A program made the translations under genes and the position numbers. Under the pieces are notes generated by a model that worked only from the letters and a program-made list of their open reading frames with translations, did not search any database and was not told where the DNA came from. From positions 1 through 32,000 of the forward strand of contig NC_010482.1 in the NCBI RefSeq assembly GCF_000019605.1: a stretch of DNA of 32,000 bases. Direction: 5' to 3'. This stretch comes from Candidatus Korarchaeum cryptofilum OPF8 (GTDB lineage: Archaea > Korarchaeota > Korarchaeia > Korarchaeales > Korarchaeaceae). This document shows positions 1 to 7,813 of the stretch, one piece after another (positions within the stretch are counted from its first letter, which is position 1; each line of letters starts with the position of its first letter).

Positions 1-1161
1 ACCAACCTCCCACCAGAGGCCCAAGCTAAGTGGGAGGAATATTCTAAAGCGAAAACTCCGGAGGAGAAGCTCCAGAAACTTAAGGAGTTCTACTCACTGA
101 TACCGAAGCACAAGGGAACAGAAAAGATGGAGAAGTTCGTTAAGAGGAGGATATCCGAGCTTAAAGATGAAATAGAGAGAAAAAAGGCATCAAAAAAGGG
201 TAAAGGATCCTCTCTGATGGTTGAAAAGAGAGGAGCTGCTCAATTAGTCCTTATAGGATTCACAAATTCCGGTAGGAGCACTCTCCTAGCGACGCTGACG
301 AACGCTAAGCCCTCGATATCCCCGAACCCCTTCACAACTATGAGGCCCGTTGAGGGAATGATGGAGATCTATGGGACCCAGATCCAAGTGGTTGAAGCGC
401 CTCCACTCATACTTGAGGCTCAAGGCGGTCCAACAAATCTAGCAGTTGCCCTAGCGAAGAACTCGGATGTATTAGGGATAACGGTGAGCTCTCTGGAGGA
501 CCCCCTGGATTCCCTCTCCAAGATATTCTCATTCCTGGAGTCCAGGGAGATATCCTTCGAGAGGCCGACCGGTAGGGTCAGGATAAAGAGGAGCAGAGCG
601 GCCCCTACTCTCATAATAATGAATAAGGGGAAACTCGTTGATTGCTCTGAGAGTGATGTGAGGGAGCTGCTGCTTCAGTTCGGGATAGATAGGGCTTGGG
701 TCGAGATAGAGGGATATGTGAGACTTGAGGATGTCGAGGAAGCGATATTCGGGGAGAAGAGTTACAAACCGACGATAATATTCCTGACTAAATATGATAT
801 CGTTGAGGACAGGGGCTTGGTGGAGGAAGTCAAGAGGATATACGGAGATAAGGTCATGGGAATAATACCCTCCCCAACGGGACTCCCATCCAAGGATGAG
901 CTCGGGGAGATGATACTAAAGGAACTGGGGCTCATAAGGGTATTCACGAAATCGAAAAATGAGAAATCCCCATCAGATAAAGCTGTTATACTCCCGAGGA
1001 ATTCGAGCGTAATTGATCTAGCGGAGTTCATTCACGAGTCCTTCAAGGAGAGGTTCAAGTACGCTAAGGTATGGGCAAAGAGGCTACCCTACTCCCCGAT
1101 GAGAGTGGGCCCAGATTTCCTCCTGGAGGACGGAGATATAGTGGAGATAGTGGTGGGTTGA
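1..1161 (+). CDS. DRG/Obg-family GTP-binding protein with C-terminal TGS-like domain; 5' end outside window
   Basis: Frame 1 is open from nt 1, so the listed ATG at 127 is probably internal. The upstream residues ...KLKEFYSLIPKHKGTEK fit a DRG N-terminal helix. G motifs are in the DRG order: GFTNSGRSTLL (G1 position), FTT (G2), EAPP (G3 position), TKYD (G4). The C-terminus ends GDIVEIV, TGS-like. Confidence 0.75.
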   Translation, partial: TNLPPEAQAKWEEYSKAKTPEEKLQKLKEFYSLIPKHKGTEKMEKFVKRRISELKDEIERKKASKKGKGSSLMVEKRGAAQLVLIGFTNSGRSTLLATLTNAKPSISPNPFTTMRPVEGMMEIYGTQIQVVEAPPLILEAQGGPTNLAVALAKNSDVLGITVSSLEDPLDSLSKIFSFLESREISFERPTGRVRIKRSRAAPTLIIMNKGKLVDCSESDVRELLLQFGIDRAWVEIEGYVRLEDVEEAIFGEKSYKPTIIFLTKYDIVEDRGLVEEVKRIYGDKVMGIIPSPTGLPSKDELGEMILKELGLIRVFTKSKNEKSPSDKAVILPRNSSVIDLAEFIHESFKERFKYAKVWAKRLPYSPMRVGPDFLLEDGDIVEIVVG

Positions 1162-1839
1162 ATGATAGAGTTCGAGAAGAGATTAGTCGCTAGGGAAGCG
1201 CTCAAATTGATAGGTGATGTGAAGCTATTGGGCCTCGGCTCCGGATCTACAGTCGCTATATTTGTTGAGGAATTAGCAAAATCGGATAAAGCGGGCAAAA
1301 TAAAAGTTATACCATCATCCAAACAGATAGAGGAAGTAGCTAGGAATCAGGGACTTGAGGTGATCTATCCTGATGGTGAGAGGCCAGAGATAACGGTAGA
1401 TGGTGCGGATGAGATAGATAGCAATTTGAACTTGCTCAAGGGGGGAGGGGGCGCTTTACTGAGGGAAAAAGTTCTGGCATACAACAGTTCAACTTACGTC
1501 ATTATAGCGGATCACACGAAATTAGTGGAAAAGCTCTGCTCAAAGAGGGCTCTCCCCGTTGAAGTATTACCTTATGGGGTCTCCTGGACCCTCGGTAATC
1601 TAATTAAGAGATTTAATTGCGATGCGAGGATCAGGATTAAGGATCTCTCACCTTTCATAACTGATAACGGTAATGTGATAGTGGACATAAACTGCCCTCC
1701 CTTGGAGGATCCTGCTTCCATGGAGAGCGAGGTGAAGGGGGTACCGGGAGTCGTCGAGGTAGGTATATTCGTCGGCCTAGCGGACCTGGTCTTAATAGCG
1801 AGGGGAAGCGAGGTCAAGGTCTTACGCCAGGGTTTTTAA
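1162..1839 (+). CDS. rpiA: ribose-5-phosphate isomerase A
   Basis: RpiA motifs GLGSGST, DGADEID and KGGGGALLREK. The ATG directly follows the upstream TGA (TGAATG). Length of 225 aa is typical. Confidence 0.9.
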   Translation: MIEFEKRLVAREALKLIGDVKLLGLGSGSTVAIFVEELAKSDKAGKIKVIPSSKQIEEVARNQGLEVIYPDGERPEITVDGADEIDSNLNLLKGGGGALLREKVLAYNSSTYVIIADHTKLVEKLCSKRALPVEVLPYGVSWTLGNLIKRFNCDARIRIKDLSPFITDNGNVIVDINCPPLEDPASMESEVKGVPGVVEVGIFVGLADLVLIARGSEVKVLRQGF

Positions 1840-1858
1840 GGGAGTGATGCCCGATCCC

Positions 1859-2179
1859 GGGGGCGGTGGGGTAGGACCGGGGGGGTAGCCGTCCCCTCAA
1901 CCGGAAGGCTAATGCCGGGGTCAGTAACTCCCGGGGGCGAGTTGATGGTAGGGGGTCCCTATCTCCTCCTAGCCGATGAACCTCGGTCCCGGTGGACCGG
2001 CGGTGGTGATAACCCATCCGGAGGGATGGGGAATCACCTTTACCACCGAACCGGGTCAGGCCCGGAAGGGAGCAGCCCTAAGGTGGACGTTCGGTGCTGC
2101 CGGGTAACTGGGGGAAGGGTATGGGGAGAACAGGGAAACTCGATCCATCAACTCCACCTCGGGGGAGCCCACCGTCCCC
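1859..2179 (+). ncRNA. signal recognition particle RNA (archaeal 7S/SRP RNA)
   Basis: Very GC-rich non-coding block. It contains the conserved helix-8 motif GGUCAGGCCCGGAAGGGAGCAGCC on the + strand. Alu-domain-like GGACCGGGGGGG...GUCCCCUCAACCGGAAGG lies near the 5' end. 1859-1870 (GGGGGCGGUGGG) pairs over 12 bp, including one G-U, with 2168-2179 (CCCACCGUCCCC), closing the molecule. End coordinates are good to a few nt only. Confidence 0.85.
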
Positions 2180-2182
2180 ATT

Positions 2183-2194
2183 AAAAAAGAAAAA
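2183..2194 (-). terminator. oligo-T terminator for the ferredoxin gene
   Basis: The minus strand reads CCCCTTTTTCTTTTTTAA starting 8 nt after the ferredoxin stop. This is the archaeal T-tract type of terminator. Confidence 0.5.
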
Positions 2195-2201
2195 GGGGTG
2201 T

Positions 2202-2429
2202 TTAGATCAGCTGCTTCTTGGAGCCGTTCGGCTGAACCTCGTATATATGTATTATATTGACGGGGCAGGCTTGGGCAGCTTCCATGTTGCAACCGAGATC
2301 GTCCAACTCTTTCTTAACGGGGGAAGCTAGCCCATCATCTTCTATGATCCAGTTATCCGGGCAGAGGGATGCGCAGACACCATCGGCTATGCAGCTCTCC
2401 CTATCTTGCTCTATCAAGTACTTGGGCAT
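2202..2429 (-). CDS. small single-cluster ferredoxin of the Pyrococcus furiosus type (Asp ligand)
   Basis: CIADGVCASLCP ... C ... ACP arrangement, i.e. Cys-x2-Asp-x2-Cys-x3-Cys-Pro plus a distal Cys-Pro. Length 75 aa. GAGGTG lies upstream of the ATG. Confidence 0.85.
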   Translation of the reverse strand: MPKYLIEQDRESCIADGVCASLCPDNWIIEDDGLASPVKKELDDLGCNMEAAQACPVNIIHIYEVQPNGSKKQLI

Positions 2430-2518
2430 GGTAACACCTCCTCGGCTAGCTAAGCTGTGGGTGGGTTTAATTTAATTTTTTGCAGTGAGAGTGCGAATAC
2501 AATTCTCACATACTGCAA

Positions 2519-2971
2519 CTATATAGCGCTATTCTGCCTCTCATTTATAAATTTTTTGAACTCTTCGCTTATATTATGCATATTTTCTCTCAGAAAATCG
2601 ATGAATAATTTCAGCCTCTCAGCGCTCTCCCAACTCACCCCGTGCTCCATCCAGCAGGCCTCCTCCCTAGCTCTCTCATCCTCGATCCCCAGGATCCCCC
2701 TGAGGAATTCGTAGAAAATTTCCTCTTTATTTATGATAAGAATTGCAGATTTTTCCCCATTCTCCGTCAGAGTGACCTTGCTGTATCTATTATAGTTAAC
2801 TAAACCGGCTTTAGAGAGTCTCTTTAAAGCGTCTATCACACTAGGTAATGTGACATCCAGCTCATCGGCGAGTTCCTTAACCCCGACGGCCTTCCCCTTT
2901 CTCTGCAATCTATATATCGCGGTTAGGTACTCCTGCAGTCCGGGAGTTATTTTAGCTTGTAGCTCAGCCAT
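2519..2971 (-). CDS. DtxR/MntR-family metal-dependent transcriptional regulator
   Basis: N-terminal wHTH (EYLTAIYRL...VGVKELADELDVTLPSVIDALKRLSKAGLV) followed by a DtxR-type dimerisation/metal-binding region. Length 150 aa. Confidence 0.8.
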   Translation of the reverse strand: MAELQAKITPGLQEYLTAIYRLQRKGKAVGVKELADELDVTLPSVIDALKRLSKAGLVNYNRYSKVTLTENGEKSAILIINKEEIFYEFLRGILGIEDERAREEACWMEHGVSWESAERLKLFIDFLRENMHNISEEFKKFINERQNSAI

Positions 2972-3025
2972 TCCAGAAGTTCAGTTGGGCGGATAATTTT
3001 AAAGTTACCCCCATAACATTAATCT

Positions 3026-3535
3026 ATGGGAGTCCCGGAGGAACACAGGAGGGGAGCTCCCTCCAAGCTCAGTTATTCAATATTCGTCGTTAGCACGTCG
3101 AGATTCAGTGATAAGGACAAGGAGGATCTAACTGGGAAGATCGCTGTGGAAATTGTGGAGGCTTCAGGCAATCTAGTTGTGAGGAAGGAGATAATACCTG
3201 ATGATGAAGGTCTCATAAGGGCATCTCTTATAAGGGCGGCTGAGGACTCAGATGTGATAATATTCTGCGGGGGAACCGGTGTCAGCCCCTCGGATGTAAC
3301 ACCGGAAGCAGTAAGACCGCTACTTAAGAAGGAGCTCCCCGGATTCGGGGAGATATTCAGGTGGCTAAGTTACTCCCAAATAGGTAGCTCAGCTATAGCT
3401 AGCAGAGCTTCGGCTGGATTTTACCTAAAATCTCTCGTTTTCATGCTCCCAGGATCGCCGGATGCAGTTAAGCTAGCCCTCGAGAGGCTGATAATACCGG
3501 AGGCCCCTCACTTGATCAAGCTCGCTAGGGGCTGA
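3026..3535 (+). CDS. moaB: molybdenum cofactor biosynthesis protein B (MoaB/MogA family)
   Basis: MogA/MoaB fold signature: IIFCGGTGVSPSDVTPEA and GFGEIFR...MLPGSP. Length 169 aa. Confidence 0.85.
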   Translation: MGVPEEHRRGAPSKLSYSIFVVSTSRFSDKDKEDLTGKIAVEIVEASGNLVVRKEIIPDDEGLIRASLIRAAEDSDVIIFCGGTGVSPSDVTPEAVRPLLKKELPGFGEIFRWLSYSQIGSSAIASRASAGFYLKSLVFMLPGSPDAVKLALERLIIPEAPHLIKLARG

Positions 3536-5477
3536 TGGGGAGGCCTATGTCGTCACTGGCCTCAATGCCGTCCAGCTCATTCAACTTACTCCTGAACTCC
3601 CTCAAGATCCTTAGGAATTCCTCGACAGCCCCCTTCCTCATAGAGGATCTTCTGATCAAGAAATCATAATTTTCCTCGGCGATTGGAATGAAATCCAAGT
3701 TGTAAAGCCTGGCTACGGTCTTTATTCCGATTCCCACATCAGCAATCCCATTCTTAATTGCTATGGCAACTGCATTATGAGATTTAGCCTCATTCCAGTA
3801 TCCTCTGATGTTCTTAATGGCCTCGGAGATATCTATACCCATTCTCTCGGCCTCCTCTTTGAGCAGATAATCTAACAGTATCCTAGTGCCCGAGCCCTTA
3901 TTCCTGTTCATCATAACAATATCTCTCCTCTCCAAGATATCCCTAATTCCCTTTATCCCCTTGGGGTTCCCTCTAGCCACTATGAGGCCCTGGATCCTCC
4001 TGTACCCCCTTATCAATATGGCTTTATCCTCTATCGAGAACTTCCTCATGAAGGGCAGATTATACTCCATGGTCTCCGGGTCGAAGGCGTGCACACCAGC
4101 TAAATCAGCTTCTCCCCTAGCTATGGCCTTGAACCCTCCGGAGGATCCGACGAATACGGATTTAATGAGGTACCCCCTCCTCCTCATCTCAGACATTATC
4201 AACTCTAATCCGATGCAATGGCTACCTATCATGGAGATATCAGCGATCCTATCCGTGAAGAGCTTGACCCTAACGACTTCTCCCTCCTCTATGATCTCCT
4301 CAAGCTCCTCCATTTCCACGTAGCCATCTGCCCTTGAGAGCGTTGAAATGGCCTCCGATCCGGTTGGAACGGGGAAAACTAGGTATTCCTCGTCCTTAAC
4401 TACATGGACGGGAAGGAGATCCCTCCTCCCCCTCTCCCCGATTATCCTCTCCGCGGCCCTTCCAATTACCTCCTTTCCAGTCTCCAGAGGCTTGCCGCTC
4501 CACTTCCTTATGAGGGGAGAGACTATCTCCCTATAAACCGTGAGGCAGCTCGTGGGATATCCTGGAAGACCTATCACAAGCTTCCCTCTCGCCTCAGCTA
4601 TTACAGTCGGCTTCCCCGGATGCATAGCTATGCCGTGGACGATGACGCCTGGGGGGCCCAGTTCCTCAAGCACTCTATACATAACATCGCCAGCCCCAAC
4701 ACTAGTGCTTCCTGAGATCAGGATGATATCGAATTTCTCGATCTCCCTCTTCAGGGAATCCCTTATAGCCTCATAATCATCTGGGAGTATGCCTAGGAAT
4801 TTGGGCTCCCCACCGTCCTCGAGCACGGAAGCCATGAGGGATGATGAGTTCACATCGTATATCTTCCCATATTCTAAAGGTTCCCCTGGCTGAGCTAGTT
4901 CATCCCCTGTCGAGAATATCCCTACCCTAGGTTTCGAGAGCACTTCCACCTCCCTTATGCCCACCGCAGCGAGAATTCCTATCTCCCTCGCTGAGAGCCT
5001 CGTCCCCCTATATGCTACGGTCTCACCTACTCTCACATCAGATCCGGCACCTTGCACATTCTCTCCAGGAGCTACGGCTCTCATCACGAGGATACTATCA
5101 CCTTTCCTTACGGTGAACTCTTCCTTAACGACGGAATTGGCCCCTCTAGGCATGGGAGCGCCAGTAGCTACCTCGACTGCCTCTCTCTCCCCTACTTCCC
5201 CCGGAAAGGGATGCCCGGCTGAGGCCACTCCTATTACCTTGAGCTCCACGGGGTTATCCTCATCCGCCCAGAAGGTATCCTCGGCCCTCACAGCGTAACC
5301 ATCTAGCATCACCCTATCGAATCCCGGTACATCGACTCCCGATACGATATCCTCAGCTAGGATCCTACCGAAAGCATCCCAAATGGAGATTTTTTCTCTC
5401 CTTTCAGCCCTCTCATATCTCATAATAAGGTCCTTAACTTCCTCTAAACTCTTAAGATTTCTGAAAACCTTCCTCAA
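3525..5477 (-). CDS. moeA: molybdopterin molybdo/tungsto-transferase MoeA fused to a C-terminal periplasmic-binding-protein-like (PBP-like) domain
   Basis: MoeA core motifs: DGYAVRAEDT, VEVATGAPMPRGANSVV, ISGSTSVGAGD, PGKPT, GLPGYPTS. A ~230-aa C-terminal extension follows (GSHCIGLE...GEADLAG...NRNKGSGTR), resembling the PBP-like domain seen in archaeal MoeA fusions. Confidence 0.85.
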   Translation of the reverse strand: MRKVFRNLKSLEEVKDLIMRYERAERREKISIWDAFGRILAEDIVSGVDVPGFDRVMLDGYAVRAEDTFWADEDNPVELKVIGVASAGHPFPGEVGEREAVEVATGAPMPRGANSVVKEEFTVRKGDSILVMRAVAPGENVQGAGSDVRVGETVAYRGTRLSAREIGILAAVGIREVEVLSKPRVGIFSTGDELAQPGEPLEYGKIYDVNSSSLMASVLEDGGEPKFLGILPDDYEAIRDSLKREIEKFDIILISGSTSVGAGDVMYRVLEELGPPGVIVHGIAMHPGKPTVIAEARGKLVIGLPGYPTSCLTVYREIVSPLIRKWSGKPLETGKEVIGRAAERIIGERGRRDLLPVHVVKDEEYLVFPVPTGSEAISTLSRADGYVEMEELEEIIEEGEVVRVKLFTDRIADISMIGSHCIGLELIMSEMRRRGYLIKSVFVGSSGGFKAIARGEADLAGVHAFDPETMEYNLPFMRKFSIEDKAILIRGYRRIQGLIVARGNPKGIKGIRDILERRDIVMMNRNKGSGTRILLDYLLKEEAERMGIDISEAIKNIRGYWNEAKSHNAVAIAIKNGIADVGIGIKTVARLYNLDFIPIAEENYDFLIRRSSMRKGAVEEFLRILREFRSKLNELDGIEASDDIGLPISP

Positions 5478-6714
5478 GATCCAACCACCTCCTGTAAACT
5501 ATTACATCGACTTCATCACCCCTCTCATATCCCTCGACTTCCTCGGGGACTATGAGGAAGCCATCCGATCTCACGAGGGAGCTTATTATACCAGCTCCGC
5601 CTATCCTCACGGGGGTGGCGATGTAGGAATCTCCCTCCTTTGTAAGCTTCACCCTAACGTAGTGCCTCACTCCAGGGGAAGAGGGAACCCTCTGGGAGAG
5701 CTTGGCCCTCACTCTAGTCTTAACCTCTACTCCCCTGATCCCCAGGAGCCTCTCTATTATCGGCAGCAATATCTCGCTAGCTGCTACCATCGCAGATACA
5801 GGGTAGCCAGGTATCCCAACTAGGAGCCTCCCTCCCAGTACAGCTAGCATAGTCGGTTTCCCCGGCATTATGCTGAGGCCGCGTACTAAGATCTCACCGC
5901 CCATCGATTTTATTACATCGTAGAGGTAATCCTTACTCCCGACGCTGCTCCCAGCTATGGTTACGATGATATCACAATCATCGCAAGCTTCTATCAGGCC
6001 CTTAATGGAACTGGGCTCATCCTTCGCTATACCCAAGTACCTAGTCTCAGCCAGCTCCCCTATGATGGCTCTAATCCCGAACAAATTGGAGTTCACGATT
6101 TTACCCCTCTTGAGCTCAGATCCAAGTTCTACGAGCTCATCCCCGCTCGCTATAATGCATACTCTCGGTTTCCTCACAACTCGGACTTGCGTTATATTCA
6201 AGGAAGCTATCGCGAGTATCTCGAATGGGCCTAGAAACGTCCCCTTCCTGAGGATCGTCTCTCCCTTCCTTATATCGCTTCCAGCCCTATCTACGTTAGC
6301 TCCCGGAGCTACTTGCTTCAATATCTCAACGTGCTCACCTAACCTCCTCGAATATTCGAGCGGGACGACGGAATCGGCACCTTTCGGAAGGGGGGCGCCA
6401 GTAGCTACTTCAACAGCCTCCATGCCCCTTATCTCAAATTCGCGTTCCTCCCCGGGCGAGGAGGACCCTATCACCCTCAAGACTATGGGGTTATCCGAGG
6501 AGGCTCCGAAGGTGCTCTCAGATCTAACGGCGTATCCATCGAAAGCGACCCTATCGTAAGGTGGGAAGTCGCTAGGAGAGATTATGTCCTCAGCTAAAAC
6601 TCTTCCCAAGGCTCTCTCAGTGCTCACGATCTCGCTGGGAAGATTGCTTATATGCTGAGATATCTTCGAGAGGGCCTCATCAACCCTACTGAGCTTGTCG
6701 AACAGCTTGCTCAT
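5452..6714 (-). CDS. moeA: molybdopterin molybdo/tungsto-transferase MoeA, second tandem paralog
   Basis: DGYAVRSEST, VEVATGAPLPKGADSVV, IAGSSVGSKD, PGKPT, GIPGYPVS. I trimmed the start to the ATG at 6714 (MSKLFDKL...). The 70-codon upstream extension overlaps the hom gene and the promoter region and has no MoeA counterpart. The gene overlaps the downstream moeA by 26 nt. Confidence 0.85.
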   Translation of the reverse strand: MSKLFDKLSRVDEALSKISQHISNLPSEIVSTERALGRVLAEDIISPSDFPPYDRVAFDGYAVRSESTFGASSDNPIVLRVIGSSSPGEEREFEIRGMEAVEVATGAPLPKGADSVVPLEYSRRLGEHVEILKQVAPGANVDRAGSDIRKGETILRKGTFLGPFEILAIASLNITQVRVVRKPRVCIIASGDELVELGSELKRGKIVNSNLFGIRAIIGELAETRYLGIAKDEPSSIKGLIEACDDCDIIVTIAGSSVGSKDYLYDVIKSMGGEILVRGLSIMPGKPTMLAVLGGRLLVGIPGYPVSAMVAASEILLPIIERLLGIRGVEVKTRVRAKLSQRVPSSPGVRHYVRVKLTKEGDSYIATPVRIGGAGIISSLVRSDGFLIVPEEVEGYERGDEVDVIVYRRWLDLEEGFQKS

Positions 6715-6734
6715 CTGGATTAGCTGGACGTCCC

Positions 6735-6772
6735 GATTAAAATAGTTGCGTCTACAGTAAATTTTTTTAAAT
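6735..6772. promoter_or_regulatory. divergent promoter region with two TATA-like boxes (moeA leftwards, hom rightwards)
   Basis: AATTTTTTTAAATG (6759-6772) lies about 25-38 nt upstream of the hom ATG. GATTAAAATAG (6735-6745) lies about 21-31 nt upstream of the moeA ATG on the other strand. The spacing suggests short or absent leaders. Confidence 0.4.
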
Positions 6773-6796
6773 GCACGACAGCTAAGCTCTCCCAAC

Positions 6797-7813
6797 ATGC
6801 GCATGATACTCATGGGGCTGGGTGTGGTCGGTAGGTCCTTCCTACGCATGTTGATTGAGAAGTCCCCGGAGCTGAGGTTGAAGTATGGCTTGAACCCGAC
6901 TCTAGTGGCTGTGGCGGATTCCACCTCAGCCGTTCAGGATGAGAGGGGGCTCGATCCGAAGGAGATACTGGATATGAAGGTCAAGAAGGGTTCCCTCTCT
7001 GGTCATGCCTGTGAGGTGGGGATGAGGGGGGTGGAGCTGATAAGGGGAGTGGAGGCTGAAGTGCTAATAGATGTCACTCCATCGAATTTCAAAACGGGAG
7101 AGCCATCCCTCTCTTATATAAAAGCAGCCCTAAACACTGGAAAACATGTGATAACGGCTAGTAAGGGTCCATTTGCTTTAGAAATGCCTGCTTTAATTGA
7201 GATGTTTCAGGAGAGTGGCCTCCGCCTCCTATTCAGCGGTACCGTTGGAGGGGGCGTGCCCTTCGTCAGGTTCGTCAGGAAATGCCTGATAGGCGAGAGA
7301 GTGCTTGCGATCAAGGGAGTCCTCAATGGGACTACTAATTACATATTGACGAGGATGGAATCGGGACTTCCCTTCGAGAGCGCCCTTAGAGAAGCTCAAG
7401 AACTGGGTTATGCTGAAGCCGATCCATCAAATGATATAGACGGTCTCGACTCAGCGGCTAAGCTCGTTATACTATCTAACCTCGCGATGGAGACGGATCT
7501 GACCATAAGGGAGGTGGAGATAACGGGGATAAGGGGATTAGAGTTAGATAAGAAGATATTGGAGGAGGGAAAGACCGTAAGATTGATAGCAAGCTCAGAT
7601 GAATCTGGGGCGAGAGTGAAGCCTGAGATAGTAGAGAGGATCGATCCTCTAGCAGTATCGGGGGCTTTGAACGCGGTCTCATTCTTCGCTGAATCCTCCG
7701 GGAGGCACACCCTGATAGGGAAGGGAGCGGGGGGTGATGAGACAGCTATGGCCCTGATCAGGGACTTAGTAGAGCTCAGGATGGACTTGAGCGAGGTGGG
7801 AGCTTGCTTGTGA
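6797..7813 (+). CDS. hom: homoserine dehydrogenase
   Basis: N-terminal NAD(P) fold GLGVVGRS. Signature GYAEADPSNDIDGLDSAAKLVILSN. Length 338 aa. Confidence 0.9.
   Translation: MRMILMGLGVVGRSFLRMLIEKSPELRLKYGLNPTLVAVADSTSAVQDERGLDPKEILDMKVKKGSLSGHACEVGMRGVELIRGVEAEVLIDVTPSNFKTGEPSLSYIKAALNTGKHVITASKGPFALEMPALIEMFQESGLRLLFSGTVGGGVPFVRFVRKCLIGERVLAIKGVLNGTTNYILTRMESGLPFESALREAQELGYAEADPSNDIDGLDSAAKLVILSNLAMETDLTIREVEITGIRGLELDKKILEEGKTVRLIASSDESGARVKPEIVERIDPLAVSGALNAVSFFAESSGRHTLIGKGAGGDETAMALIRDLVELRMDLSEVGACL

Noticed and set aside
1814-2330. Four overlapping ORFs of 67-90 aa on both strands (1814-2017 -, 1912-2184 +, 2056-2292 -, 2094-2330 +), rich in Gly, Pro and Arg
   Set aside because: They lie inside or across the GC-rich SRP RNA gene. 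Their composition is what a structured GC-rich RNA gives when translated, and they overlap each other and the ferredoxin gene.
3886-5298. Several + strand ORFs (62-145 aa) within the moeA-PBP gene, and similar antisense ORFs inside the second moeA, aspartate kinase, kinase, Mrp, helicase and rSAM genes
   Set aside because: All are fully contained antisense to long ORFs with strong family motifs. Their products are Ser/Pro/Leu-rich and lack recognisable motifs.
6715-6924. 70-codon N-terminal extension of the second moeA ORF
   Set aside because: It overlaps the hom coding region and the divergent promoter. It has no counterpart in MoeA proteins, and a good ATG at 6714 gives a normal MoeA N-terminus.
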